Source: the human T2T-CHM13v2.0 reference genome, Homo sapiens
NCBI RefSeq assembly: GCF_009914755.1
Contig: NC_060946.1
Length of the DNA stretch: 64,000 bases
Strand: one strand, 5' to 3'
Positions 23,037 through 35,479 of this stretch are shown piece after piece (position 1 is the first letter of the stretch; each line of letters starts with the position of its first letter). A program made the position numbers and the translations under genes. The notes under the pieces were generated by a model. That model saw only the letters and a list, made by a program, of their open reading frames with translations, was not told where the DNA came from and did not search any database.

Positions 23037-26000
23037 GTTGTGCTCATTTTTGAGGATAACTTTTATTGTCACCAGAGTGTGCATGAGTGTTAGAATCTCA
23101 CCTGTTTGCTGGGCCCTGTTAGGACACTATGTACCTCCTATGGGCTTTGTAGAGTATGCATTAAACATAATACACTCTGAGGTCTTCATGCTGATATGAA
23201 CCTATGATCATACCTGTGGCCATAAGCCCAGGTATGAGAGTCAACATCTCTCCAGCTGGCTGGATCCAGATAAGAGGATCTTTACTTGGCTGTAAACTGG
23301 GTTCAGAAATAAGTCACTATCCCAACTGTGACTGGATGTTCACATGTGATAGTTACAATTCCCGCTGTGGACGGCACTCAGGTATGAGATTTAGACCTCC
23401 CTAATCACCTCTGTTCCTGTGTAGGAATGACAATTCTGATGATTGGTGGGTGTGCACACAGAGAACACAATCTCACCTGTGTTCTGGGCCCTGTGATGAC
23501 ACTGTACCATCTGAGTGCTTTACAGGATATGCAAGAGTGCTTATTTTCTCTGACCTTCATAGTAAGAGAAGACCCATAATTTTGCACATTTTGTAAAGCC
23601 TGGATATGAGACAAAGTATCTCTCCTATTGGTTGGTTTAAGGTATGAATGTCATCATCACACCTACATGCTAGGCCAAAATATATGTGACAATCTCACAT
23701 TTGAGTAGTCAGCAAGCAGGAGGGTCTCATCACCTGGGTCATTGTCAGGGATATGTCACATTCTCCCCTGAGGACAGGGACAAGGCAAGAAAGTCACATC
23801 CCTAGGTATTCTGCCAGGGATATGTTCTTGTTCCCTCCTGAAAGCATGACACATGCAGCAGAGTCACCTCACCTGGGTTCTGGGTCCAGCGATATGTCAC
23901 AATTTTCCCTGTGAGCAAGGCACAGGCAGGAGAAACACATCACCTGTTTGCTGGGCCCAGAAATATGCTACAGTTTTTCTTGTGAGCAGGGCTCAGGCAG
24001 AAATGGGGGAATCACATTTTCTAGGTGATAAATGCAGAGCTATGTCACAAGGTCCCCTGTAGTCAGGGCCTTGGCAGAAGATTCCTATTGTCTAGGCGAT
24101 TGGCCCAGTGATACAACACAATAGCTAAATTATGCAGGGCCCAAGGCAAAGAGGAGAGTTGCATCACCTAAGTGATGAACAAAAAGATATGTCATAATAC
24201 CCAGGTGGAAATGGGCCATGCAGGTAAGTCACATTACCTAGGTGTTGGACCCAGTGATATGTCACAATACACAATATATGCAGGGCCCAGCCAAGAGGGG
24301 AGAGTCAAATCACCCAGGTGCTGGGCCCGATGATACATTGTAATCTGTCTTTGGTCAGAGCCCTAGCAGTAGAAGAAACTCACATCACCTCCATGCTGAG
24401 GTCAGCCATATGTCACAATAACCCTGAGAAATGAGCCCAGGAAAAGAGTCACATCATTTAAGTGAGAGGCCCATAGATATTTTCAATTCCTCCTGTGGGT
24501 AGTCCTCAGTAAAAAGACAGTCACATTAGTTAGAGTCTGTCCCCAGCGATGTGTAAGAATCCCAGCTGTGAACAGGCACCAGACAGGACAAGAGAGTCCC
24601 ATCACCTGGGTGAACAGTGCACAGATATGTCACAATGACCCCATGTAGGTAAAGTCTAGACAAGAGTTACATCACCTGGGTGTTGGACCCAGCAATATGT
24701 CACAATGGCTCATGTGGGCAAAGCACAGGACACAGTCATATAACAAAGTGCCAGGACCAGTGTTAGGTCAGGATACCCTTTATGGGCAGTGCCAAGACAG
24801 GAGATTAGAAGCATATTAATTAGATGCTGGATTCAAGGATATATCACAATCTCATCTGTGGGCTACACCCAGGCAAAAAAGTCAAATCACTCAGGAGCTG
24901 GCTAGAGGTGTACGTCAGAATCACACCTGCAGGAAGGTCCATGGATGAGATTAATAATCCCTCATAAGTGCCAGTTCTGGATATGAGAGTGAACGCCTCC
25001 TGTATGTTGCATCTATGTGCATAAGTCACAATCTCAATGGAGGAATGGGTTTTTTCCATGAGAGCCTTAATCCCTTTTGAAAACTGAGTTATCTTAGTGG
25101 ACTCACAGCCTCACAATGTTTTGGATCTTGGTCAGGGAGTCACAAACCCACTTAAGGACAACATCCACTTATTAGAGCCAATTTTCCAACTTTTGACTGC
25201 CTCTGGGTGTGAGTTTCAGAACCTCATTTATGTTCCATGTTCGTGTGGGAGAAACAATTTTGACAGATGGCTGGGCTCAGGCAGGAGCATTTCATCCTGC
25301 AGGTGTTGAGACAAAGGATATGATACAACACCTAAAATATGCTGGGTGCAGGCAAAAGAGGAGACTCATATTAGCTGGTTGCTAGGTCCAGTTATATGTC
25401 ACCGCTTCCATTTTTGGCAGGGCTAAGGAAAAAGAGGAGAGTCAGAGCTAAAGAAATGTCATAATGTCCCTGTGGGTAGGGCCTATGCATGAGAGTTGCA
25501 ACACCTAGTCATTGAACCCAGCTATATATTATAATACACAATGTATACAAGGCCCAGGCAAGAAAGGAGAGTATATCACATAGGTACTGGGTCCAGCAAT
25601 ATGTCACCATACCCCCTGAGTGGAGGCTCCAGGCAACAGGGTAACATTACCTAAGTGAAGTGCCCAGAGAGATGTTTCAATGCCCCTGGTGGGTAGGATT
25701 TTGAAAAAAGAGAAGTTACAGAACCTAGGGGCTAGGCCTAGGTATGTGTGACATTCATCTCCAAGACGGAGCCCAGACATGAGAGAAATGTCACATGATG
25801 TAGGGCATGTAATATGTCACAATCCTTATGTGAGCAGGCCCTAGGAAGAAGTAGAGAGTCACATAGTCTAGATGATGGGCCCAGAGGCATTTGACAATGA
25901 CTCCTGTATGTAGGGACCAGGCAGAAGAATCACATCACCCCTGTGCTGTTCCCAGTTATAAGTCACACTTCCTTCTGTGGGCATGACCCAGGCAGAGAGA

Positions 26001-27801
26001 ATTCACATCATCCCAGTGCTAGACCCAGGGATATGTCACAATCTCTCTTATGGGCAATGCTCAGGTAAGAGAGGAGAGTTGCATCAAATAGATGATGGAC
26101 CCAGAGGTATGTCACCATGCCTTCTGTGAACTCGATCCAGGCAGAAGATTCACATCATCAACTTGGTGCTAAGCCCAGCAACGTGTCACAATCCCTTCTG
26201 TGTAAAGGGACCAGGCAGGAGAAGAGAATCACATTACCAGGCTGATGAGCACAGAGATATGTCACAATGCCCCTGTAAGGCACGGCCCAGGCAGTTGGGT
26301 TACATCGCCTGAGTAGTGGACCCAGCAATATAACACAGTGTCCCATATGGGCAGTGCACAAGCCGGAGAGTCACATAACCTGGATGTGAGGCCAAGCTAT
26401 ATATAACAACGCTTCCTGAGGGCAGCGCCAAGGCAGAAGAGGAGACTCACATCTCCGGGTGCAAGGCCTAGCGATATGTCAAAATGCTCACTGTGGGCAG
26501 TGCCAAGGAAGGAGAATAGAGTTACACCCTCAATGTGCTGGATCCATCAATATGTTAATATCCCATCTGTGGGCTGGGTCCATGTGAGACCATCAATTCA
26601 CTCAGGTGCTAGGCACCGGCAAATTTCACCATGAAAGCTGCAGAATGGTCCAGGAATTAGATTAACAATCCCACAACTGTCTCAGTTGTAGGCATGACAT
26701 TCAACACCTCCTGTATGTTGGGTCTAAGCTCACGAATAACCCTCTCAACACCAGACTGGATTTGTGCATGAGAGTCTCAATTCCTCTGCAGAATGACCTG
26801 TGTTCCTGTGAGAGGATGACAATAGTTACTGTTGGCTGGGTGTGCATATGAGTGTCACAATCTCACCTGTGTGCTCGGCCCAGTTAGTACACAATCTCAC
26901 AGCTCTGTGTACTACCCAATGGCCCTATACACTATGCATGAGAGTCGTAATCAACTTTGAGACCTTCCTAATGGTAGGGACCCATGATCGTACTTGTAGC
27001 ATTAAGCCCGGTATGAGAGTCAACATCATTACAATTAACTAGGTCAGGATAGGAGAGTCCTCCCTTGCCTATGAGCTGAGTTTAGATGTGGGCCACCATT
27101 TCAACTCTGGTTGAATGTTTATATATGAACACGGGCCTCACACCGAGGTGATGTGAGTCTTTGGCCTAGACACTTCAAGCAGAAGGCAAAGTGACATATC
27201 TCTGGGTATATCAACTATTTGATGTGACCTTCCTTTTTTACCTGAGCTTTCCCCATAAAAGAGATGTGACATATGTCTAGACCAAGCACCTGGGTGATGT
27301 GACTCTCCTTTATTGACTGAGCCCTGTGTATTTTGGGTATTCTGACGTATCCCTGGACCTAACTTCTGGAAGATAAGAAGATCCAACATGGGCCCTGCCT
27401 AAAAAGTTTCTTGTGACAAATTTCTACATGAATCACCTTGGAGATTTGACTCTCCTGTCTTACCCGAGTTTTGCCCATAAGAGAGATTGTTACTTAACTC
27501 TGCAGCAAGCACCTAAATGCTGTGGCTCTTCTTTCTTGCCTGGGTCATGCCCAGAGATGAAAGAGTGGCTTATCGCTGTGTCCAGCACACCGGTTATGTG
27601 ATTATGCTGCCTGATCTCTGCTCACAGGAGCCATTGTGACATATCCCTGGGCCCAGAAACTATTTAACACGACTATCTTCAATGACCTTAACTTGGTGCC
27701 TGGGATAAGTTGTGACATATCTCTGGATCCAGCACCTAGGTGATGCGACTCTCCTTTTCTGCATGGGCTATGCTTACAAGAAGGAGGCTGACTTATTGCT
27801 G

Positions 27802-28720
27802 TGTTGACAACTGATGTGATACCTCTGTTCTTGTCTTCTTAGTTTTTAAGAATTTAAACAAGAGACACAAGGAAAAAAAGTACAGCATAATTTATTGGAA
27901 AAGAAAATATTTGAAAGTTAAGTGCAGAATACAGTACACCCTGAGAGAGATACTCCAGGGCGGACTGCTCGTAAGAGTGAGACAGCGTGGATTGTCGCTG
28001 GAGAAACCCCCTTACGGGAGTTTTACATTATTATTAATAAGAAAAGGGGAAGAGGAGTTGCTTATAAGCATGTTCTGAGTGATATTTTGGGTGCACATAC
28101 GCAGTGACTATACATGCTTGTTCATATGTTGCATGTCTCGTTAGCATCTTAGATCTCCACCCAGGAGTGTATTTCTGTTTGTTTGTTTGTTTGTTTGTTT
28201 GTTTGTTTGTTTGAGACAGAGTCTCGCCGTGTTGCCCAGGCTGGAGTGCAGTGGTGTGATCTCTGCTCACTGCAACCTCCGCCTCCTGAGTTCAAGCCAT
28301 GCTCATGCCTCTGCCTCCAGAGTATCTGGGATTACAGGCATGCACCACCATACCCTGCTAATTTTTGTATTTTTAGTTGAGACGGGATTTCACTATGTTG
28401 GCCAGTCTAGTCTCAAGCTTCTGGTTTGAAGTGATCCATCTTCCTCAGCCTCCCAAAGTGCTGGGAGTACAGGTATGAGCCACCTTGCCTGGCTAGGGCC
28501 TATATTTTTTGCTATTAAAATAAGTGAAAGTTAAGTTTGAGGACAGGTGAAATCAAAATGCACATGCTTTCTAGAACAGAAAGTCCTTAATGAGGATAAC
28601 TTTGCTTGAATAAGCCCAATTACAATGCGAATGCTACGGCTTATTGTGTTGGCTGTACAGTCACCATGGTTTCTCTATCCTGAGATCATGGTCATTTTCT
28701 GTACTATCTATTCTGCCTCA
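27802..28720 (-). mobile_element. 3' LTR of an ERV1 provirus, with an Alu inserted
   Basis: TG...CA ends; homologous to 30663-31148; polypurine tract (minus-strand agggggaaat) at 28721-28730. Confidence 0.85.
28172..28494 (-). mobile_element. AluS with (TTTG)n tail
   Basis: gagacagagtctcgccgtgttgcccaggctggagtgcagtgg...gagccaccttgcctggct. Confidence 0.93.
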
Positions 28721-30662
28721 ATTTCCCCCTAAGAGATTTTAGGGCAATAATCATATTGGAGGTTGAGGGGTTAGGCCATTATTTCTGGAGCTGTTTCCTG
28801 CTGAGTGGGTGTTACTTCTGCCTAGCCTGGGCCTTAAAGTTTCTTCCTGTGTGATCTAACAGGGTGTAAACCATGTCGTTCGTGGAACCAGTGGGAAGAT
28901 GTTGGCAACCAAAGGTTGAAAGCCTTGCAAAACCATCATGCAAACATGGAGTTGCCGTAAGCAAGAGAGCAAGAAATCAGTTAACATTTTAAACAAAATT
29001 GGAACAAAACTAAAAGCTGAAAATATAATAATGACGGGTACTATTAAAGAGAGCAAGGCAGGCAATGGACATCGCTTTCATGTTCCCATGGAAGTTCCTA
29101 GAGATTCAATTTTGTCTGCCTGGGTGATGATATTATTAATATTTTCTTCGACTAAACCAGACTGATTGATCTCAAAAACAGCATTCTTCTTTTAGATATA
29201 AACATGTTCCTCTTTGCTTGGCTGGGAGAAGATCCCAGGCTCTTTGGTTTTGTCGGACTACAGTGGCCATGGAGTCCAGACGTTGTTGAAGTCTATTGAG
29301 ACCCTCTGCTGCTCGTTGGGGACACACTGAGATTTTCCGAGATAGTTTCTATTGGATTCCCGAGGCTCCACCTTATGGTGACATTTGTGCTGCAAAGGAA
29401 TTCTGCATTGAAATGGTGAAAGCAGCAAAAGTTTTAAGTCTTTTCTATTTTTTGCCAATAAGCAAAAGTTTTCTGCAGCTACGTGGTCAGCAGTCATTGG
29501 GTCCATTTATGGATGGTGAAGTTGAATGGCGGTCAAAGTTAGAGCCTGGAAGGCTTCAGTAAATGCGCTGAAGTTCTTTGGGAGCCAACAGAGCTGTTGC
29601 TTGCATTGGATTAGATCATTTATTGAGAAGAGAACAAGCACTCTGATGGTCCTCTCTCCATTTGGGACTTTCTGTAAGGGGATCAAATTCTCTGGCCCTG
29701 CATGGTGTGAAGTTCCACCGCGAGTAACTACAGCTGGGCTGGTCACTATTGTACCTGGCAAAGGCTGATAGAGAGGAGCATAAGGAGGAGGTGAAACAAG
29801 CTTAGATTCTGCAGAAGACTCGGATAGTGTGGGGATGCTGCGGATTCTACAGGAGGTGTAGGCCCCTGAGGGTCCCTATCTGGAGCTGGTGAGCCCCTCG
29901 AGACCCCATTAACTGAAGCTCTAGGAGGTCATAGGCATTTGCCATACACCGTCTTATCTCTCACCAGCGCTGCACATCTCCAGCCCTGCCGAGATGACCC
30001 CCACTGCTGGCTGGGGGACAGATGTCTGGCTGACAAGCCTTTCCCTAATTTACTGGTTCGCAATTTATGATGCCGAATTATAACACCTGCAATGCTCAGA
30101 TTCAAACCCCACGACCGGGCATCTACATGACTTTGAATCGTTTGTTCAGCAAAGAAAACCTGTTGAAGAACAATTTCAAGGAGGTGGGAAATGCATAAAG
30201 CCTGAAGGGACAGGGTTCTCTTAATATTCCACTCAAAACAAAACAAGACAAAACTGTAAACAGAAAACCCGATCAGAAAATAAAGTACAATAGCCACTAG
30301 GTGGCGATCGAGTATTGCCGAAGGGACAGCAAACGATAAGCTGAGTCTGAAGTGTGGCCAGAAAGATGTGAAACTAAGCAGCAAACTAGCCCGAATATGA
30401 AATGTTGAGAGCAACCCATGCGGTGAGTGTCTTTTATGGATAGTACAGATGCAGCAGCCAAAAGGAGAGCAGACATATATTCTCTCTCTAGAGAATATAG
30501 GTGATTTAAACACGTTTCCCCCAGAACTTTAGTGAAACAGCGCTGGAACAACCAGCGATAGTTAACCAGGTAGTCTGGAAGTGCCATAGTATTCACTGCA
30601 AGAAAAGGGAAACTGAAATTAATGAAGCAGACAAACCTCTCTCCGGGCCATGGCAAAAGAAA
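28721..30662 (-). mobile_element. ERV1 (class I) internal region with gag and env remnants; pol deleted
   Basis: gag: PPPY late domain (29780-29791) and capsid N-terminus PLQKV..RVLVLFSINDLIQCKQQL..FTEAFQALT (29507-29761). env TM: ISD-like VRQNQRAWDLL plus CX6CC (CLYLKEECC) at ~29175-29268, and a membrane anchor at 28856-29065. A weak His-like PBS lies at 30641-30658 (12/18). Confidence 0.88.
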
Positions 30663-31148
30663 TGTTGATGGCTGATGTAATACCTTGGTTCTTATCTTCT
30701 TAGCTTAAAAGAATTTAAACAGGAAACATGCAGCAAAAGAAGTACAGCATAGAGTAATTTATTGCACACAAAAAAAGAAAAGAATACGTTGAAAATCAAG
30801 TGCAGAATAGACGGTACAGTCTGAGAAAGAGATTCCAGGGCAGCCTGCTCATAAGAGTGAGACAGCATTAATTGTTGCTGGAGAAACCCTCCTTCTGGGA
30901 GTTTTACATGATTATTCATAAGAAGGTGGAAAGAAGTGTTATAGAAGGCATGCTTTGAGTGGTCTTCTGGGTGCACATGTGCAGTAGCTGTACATATTTT
31001 TGCATATGTTGCATGTCTCATTAGCATGCAATGACATTTCACCCAGGAATGTGTTTTTACTTGTTAAAATGAGCAAAGGTTCAGCTTGAAGACAGATAAA
31101 ATCAAAATGCACATGCTCTCTAGACGTAAAAGTCCCTACTGAAGATAG
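30663..31148 (-). mobile_element. 5' LTR of the same ERV1 provirus, truncated at its U3 end
   Basis: tgttgatggctgatgtaataccttgg aligns to tgttgacaactgatgtgatacctctg at 27802. Homology stops at ~31148, about 120 bp short of the other copy's end. Confidence 0.82.
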
Positions 31149-33234
31149 TGGGTTTCAAACGACCCCAAGTGCTCCACAACTTAAAAGTCGCTCCCACGAA
31201 CCTGGAACACTATCTGTTCCTGAGGGATCAGGTCCCATTTGTGTCTCTGAGACACTGGCAAGTGAGGCACGACTTGGGATGAGACCGATGATTTTAATTG
31301 TAAAATGCCTAAATAGTCAGCAGCTTCAGGTTACATTTTGGAGCTTGTCCACTTAAATGGGTTGATGAAAATGGCTCACAAAACTCACGCCTTGGAAAGC
31401 GGGTTTTCTCCCTTGCTCTTAGATTTTCTGCAACCCATTAAACTAACTTCCTGATGCCTCGACTTTCACATTCGTGAAAAAGGCGCCATTGAGAGTGACG
31501 TTTCCAGGAAGGCTCAGCCCTTGTCAGCCCCTGCAGAGCTCTGAAGCTGTTCACAAGCAGGCCATGTGGAAGATTTCTCTCAAAAGCCATTGAGCACGCG
31601 CTCTGGCTAGAGAAAAAAGAGGGCTGCTGCACAATGGACAGTGTCTCAGACATCAGGACAGTTTCCACAGTAGTTTAGGAAAGAAGGCAGTGCCCTGAGC
31701 TGCAGAAGGTGCAATGCTCTGGAAGGAACCCTGGGTGCAGCTGAAAGAGGAACCTGAGAAGCATAGGGCCAATCGGGTGAGGATAACCCGCCTGATTTGG
31801 GCAAAGGTAAGGTGCCTACATAGGGTAATACCCTCCTCAATGCTCAGCCAAGACCTGTCCTCCAGGTCCACCTCTGTACTCACTCTCTGTGGCAAAGAGT
31901 CGGCATAGCATAAGAACTCAGCAATGCTTTGGACACTGGGAAGTCCACACCGCTCTGTCCCTCCCTCCAGGGCTATGCACCCCGGATCCCGGTATATGCT
32001 GAGATTATGGTTCTGAAGCCCACCGACAAATAGGCTGAGAGCAGTTAACGGACTACAGCTCCAAGCATATTAGGTGGGGCATGTACAACTTTGCCCCTTC
32101 TTCCAGGGCTATGCCTTACCCCAGAGACTGGCGCATGCTGGGATTGTAGTCCTGTAGCCATTTGACCAAAGGGCTGGGAGTGTTTATGAGAATACAACTC
32201 CCAGCAATCCTAGGGAGGAGCACACAGCCCCGCCTCTTCCCCTAGTGATACGCATTGTCCCTGAGACAGGTGCATGCTAAGATTGTAGTCCTGAAGCTCT
32301 GCGACCAAAGGGCTGGGAGTGTTTATGAGCATATATCTCCCAGCAAGCCTAGGAAGACGCACACAGCCCCGCCTCTTTTTCCACTGACGCGGACTGTCCC
32401 TGACCCCAGTGCATACTGGGATGGTAGTCCTGCATCCCTGTGATGAAAGTTCTGGGAGTCTCTATGAAACTACCTCTCCCAGGAAGCAGAAGGAGGGGTC
32501 CACAGCCTAGCCTTTTCCTCCAGTAATGCGCACTGTCCCTGAGCCGGGTGCATGCTGGGATTGTAGTCCTGCAGCCCGGTGATGAAAGGTCTGGGAGTGT
32601 TTATGAGACTACATCTCCTACCAAGCCCAGGAGGTGCACACAACCCTGCCTCTTTCTCCAGTGACGCCAACTTTCCCTGTTCCCGGTGCATGCTAGGATT
32701 GTAGCGCTGCAGCCCTGTGACAAAAGGGCTGTGAGTGTTTATGAGACTGCATCTTCCACCAAGCCCAGAGAGGCGTGCAGAGCCTCGCCCCTTCCTCCAC
32801 TGATTAGCGCATGCTCCCTCAGTCCCATGCATGCTAGGATTGTAGTGCTGCAACCCTGTGACCAAAGGGCAGCCCAGTGACCAAAGGGCTAAGAGTGTGT
32901 GAGAATACATCTCCGAAAAAGCATAGCGAGAAGAGCACAGGTCCACTTCTTCCTCCACTGAGGCGCGCTCTCCCTGAGCACGGTGCATGCTGGGATTGTA
33001 GTCCTGAAGCCCTGTGACAAAAGGGCTGGGAGAAATAATGAGACTACATCTCCCAGAAAGCCCAGCGAGACGCATGTACCCCTTTCTCTTCCTCCATTGA
33101 GGCGAACTGTCCCGGTGCCCCGTGCATGCTGGAATTGTAGTCCTACAGCTATGTGATGAAAGGACTGGGATTGGTTATCAGAATGCATCTCCCAGCAAGC
33201 CCAGCGAGGCACGCACAGCTCCACGTCTTCCTCC

Positions 33235-33238
<4 letters not shown>

Positions 33239-33277
<39 letters not shown>
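33239..33277. repeat. (CA)n microsatellite inside one satellite monomer
   Basis: About 19 perfect CA/AC units. Confidence 0.97.
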
Positions 33278-33279
<2 letters not shown>

Positions 33280-34818
33280 CCCTGAACTCGCTGCATGCTG
33301 GGATTGTAGTCCTGCAGCCCTGTGACCAAAGGGCCAAGAGTGTTTATGAGACTACATCTCCCAGAAAACGTAGGGAGACGCACACAGCCCCACATCTTTT
33401 CCCAGTGACGCATGCTGTTTTTGATCCTGATGCATTCTGGGATTGGAGTCCTGCAGTCCCGTGACAAAAGGTCTCAGAGTCTTTATGAAACTACATTTCC
33501 TAGCAAGTGCAGCGAGGTGCACACAACCTTCCCCTCATTCTCCAGTGATGTAGACTGTCCGTGAGCCCCAAGCATGCTGGGATTGTAGTCTTATAGCACC
33601 GTGACCAAAGGACAGGGAGAGGCCATGAGACTACAACTCTCAGGAAACCCAGCAAGGCGCACACTGCCCGGCCTCTTTCTCCTTAGACTAGCGCACTGTC
33701 ACTGAGCTGGGTGCATACTAGGAATGTATTCCTGCAGCCCTGTGAGCAAAGAGCTGGGAGTGTTTATGAGAATACATCTCCCAGTACTCCCAGGAGGTGC
33801 ACACAGCCCTGCCTCTTCCTGCAGTGACTAGCGCACTGTCCCTGAGCTGGGTGCATGCTGGGATTGCAGTCCTTGGCGATCTATGACCAAAGGGCTAGGA
33901 GTGTTAATGAGACTACATCTCCCAAAAAAGCAGAGTGAGAAGCGCACAGCCCTCCCTCTTCCTCCAGTGACGTGTGCTGTCCCTGAGCCCAGTGCATGCT
34001 GGGGCTGGAAGTGTAGTCCTTCAGCCCTGTGACGATAGGGCTGCGAGGATTTATGAGAATACATCTCCCAGCAAGCCCAGCGAGTAACAAACAACCCCGC
34101 CTCTTCCTCCAGTGACGCGCAATTTCCTTGAGCCCGGTGCTGGCTGGGAGTGTAGTCCTGCAGCCCTGTGACCAAAGGTTTGGGAGTATTTATGAGAATA
34201 CATATCCCACCAAGCCCAGCGAGACGTGTACAATCCCTCCTCATCCTCCAGTAACGCGCACTATCCTTGATCTTGGTGCATACTGGGATTGTAGTTCTGC
34301 GGCCCTGTAATGAAAGGTCTGGTGACTTTATGAAACTACATCTCCCAGCAAGCCAAAGGAGGCACACAAAGCTTTGCCTCTTCATCCAGGCACACGCACT
34401 ATCCCTGATCCCGGTGCATGATGGAAATGTAGTCCTTCAGCCCTGTGACCAAAGTGCTGGGAGTGTTTATGAGACCGCATCTCTCAGCAACTAAAGCAAG
34501 GCCTGCACAGCCCCGCCTTTTCCTCCAATGACGCTCACTGTTCACTAAGGAGTGTTCATGAGATTACATTTTCCAGCAAGCCCAGCGAGTTATGCACAGC
34601 TCTACCTCTTCTTCTAGCGACGCGCACTGTCCCTGATTCCGTTGTATGCTGGGATTGTGGTGCTGCAGCCCTGTGACAAAGGGGCTGGGAGTCTTTATAA
34701 GACTACATCTCCCAGCAAGCCCAAGAGGCTCTCACAGCCATGCACCACCCCCTCCCGCCCCACTTTTCCTTCAGTGACGCGCACTGTTCCCTGAACATGG
34801 TGCATACTGGAATTCTCC

Positions 34819-35441
34819 TGTTGCGGGATTCAGGAGGACGAGACAGACCTCAGGTTGAAACAGGAGAATCTTTATTGAGTGCACTCAGGACCAGCTGACT
34901 CACGTCAAAAAGACCGGGCCCGGAACACAGACAACACCTGACTTTTATACACACTTCACAAAAGGGGGTGGGCTAGCTTGAAGCGAGCTTACAGTGGCGT
35001 GAAAGCAGGAATACAGAGGCAGGACAAAGACAGGATTGCACATGACCGTTGCCAAGCAACCCACATGTCCATTATCTAGGTTTCCCTGGGCATGGGCTTA
35101 TCCTATAACCCTCACTATGGTTCCCAAACAGCTGTAGTTCAGCCTACTCAGGCTTCTCATGACTTTCATTGTACTTCTTCGATAAAACACAATACTTGAA
35201 GTCACTAGTTACAGAGAACAAGAATCTATAAACTCATTCCATAAAACAAAGGGAATTTGTTTTTCTTTTCCCTGTGTTGGGGGAGTGTTGGGAGAACCTC
35301 CAGAGCACATTACATAATATTATCAAGAATTTTCCTGGGTCTGGGCTGTGCCTATTGCTGCCTCTGGGACAAATCAGCCTAATACAAGAAAACTTATTTC
35401 TCTTTCCTTTTAATTTCATTTTTCTTTAATTTCCTTCCTTA
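34819..35441 (-). mobile_element. Solo LTR (ERV1-type)
   Basis: Begins tgttgcgg and carries antisense AATAAA (~34871) and TATAAAA (~34943). It is flanked by an imperfect 4-bp TSD ctcc/gtcc, and the satellite register continues across it. Confidence 0.75.
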
Positions 35442-35479
35442 GTCCTGCAGCCCTGTGACCAAAGGACTGGGAGTGCACA

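Larger units (their letters stand above)
31950..35475. repeat. ~139-bp tandem satellite (ACRO1-like), ~20 monomers, interrupted near its end by a solo LTR
   Basis: The gcatgctgggattgtagtcc landmark lies at 32133, 32272, 32411, 32550, 32688, 32829, 32985, 33124, 33293, 33432, 33571... (modal spacing 139). The array resumes at 35442-35475 after the LTR. Confidence 0.85.

Noticed and set aside
32470-34385. 185-201 aa repetitive ORFs (LVTGLQDYNPSMH)
   Set aside because: Translations of the 139-bp satellite; the period is not a multiple of 3, so the frame is not maintained.
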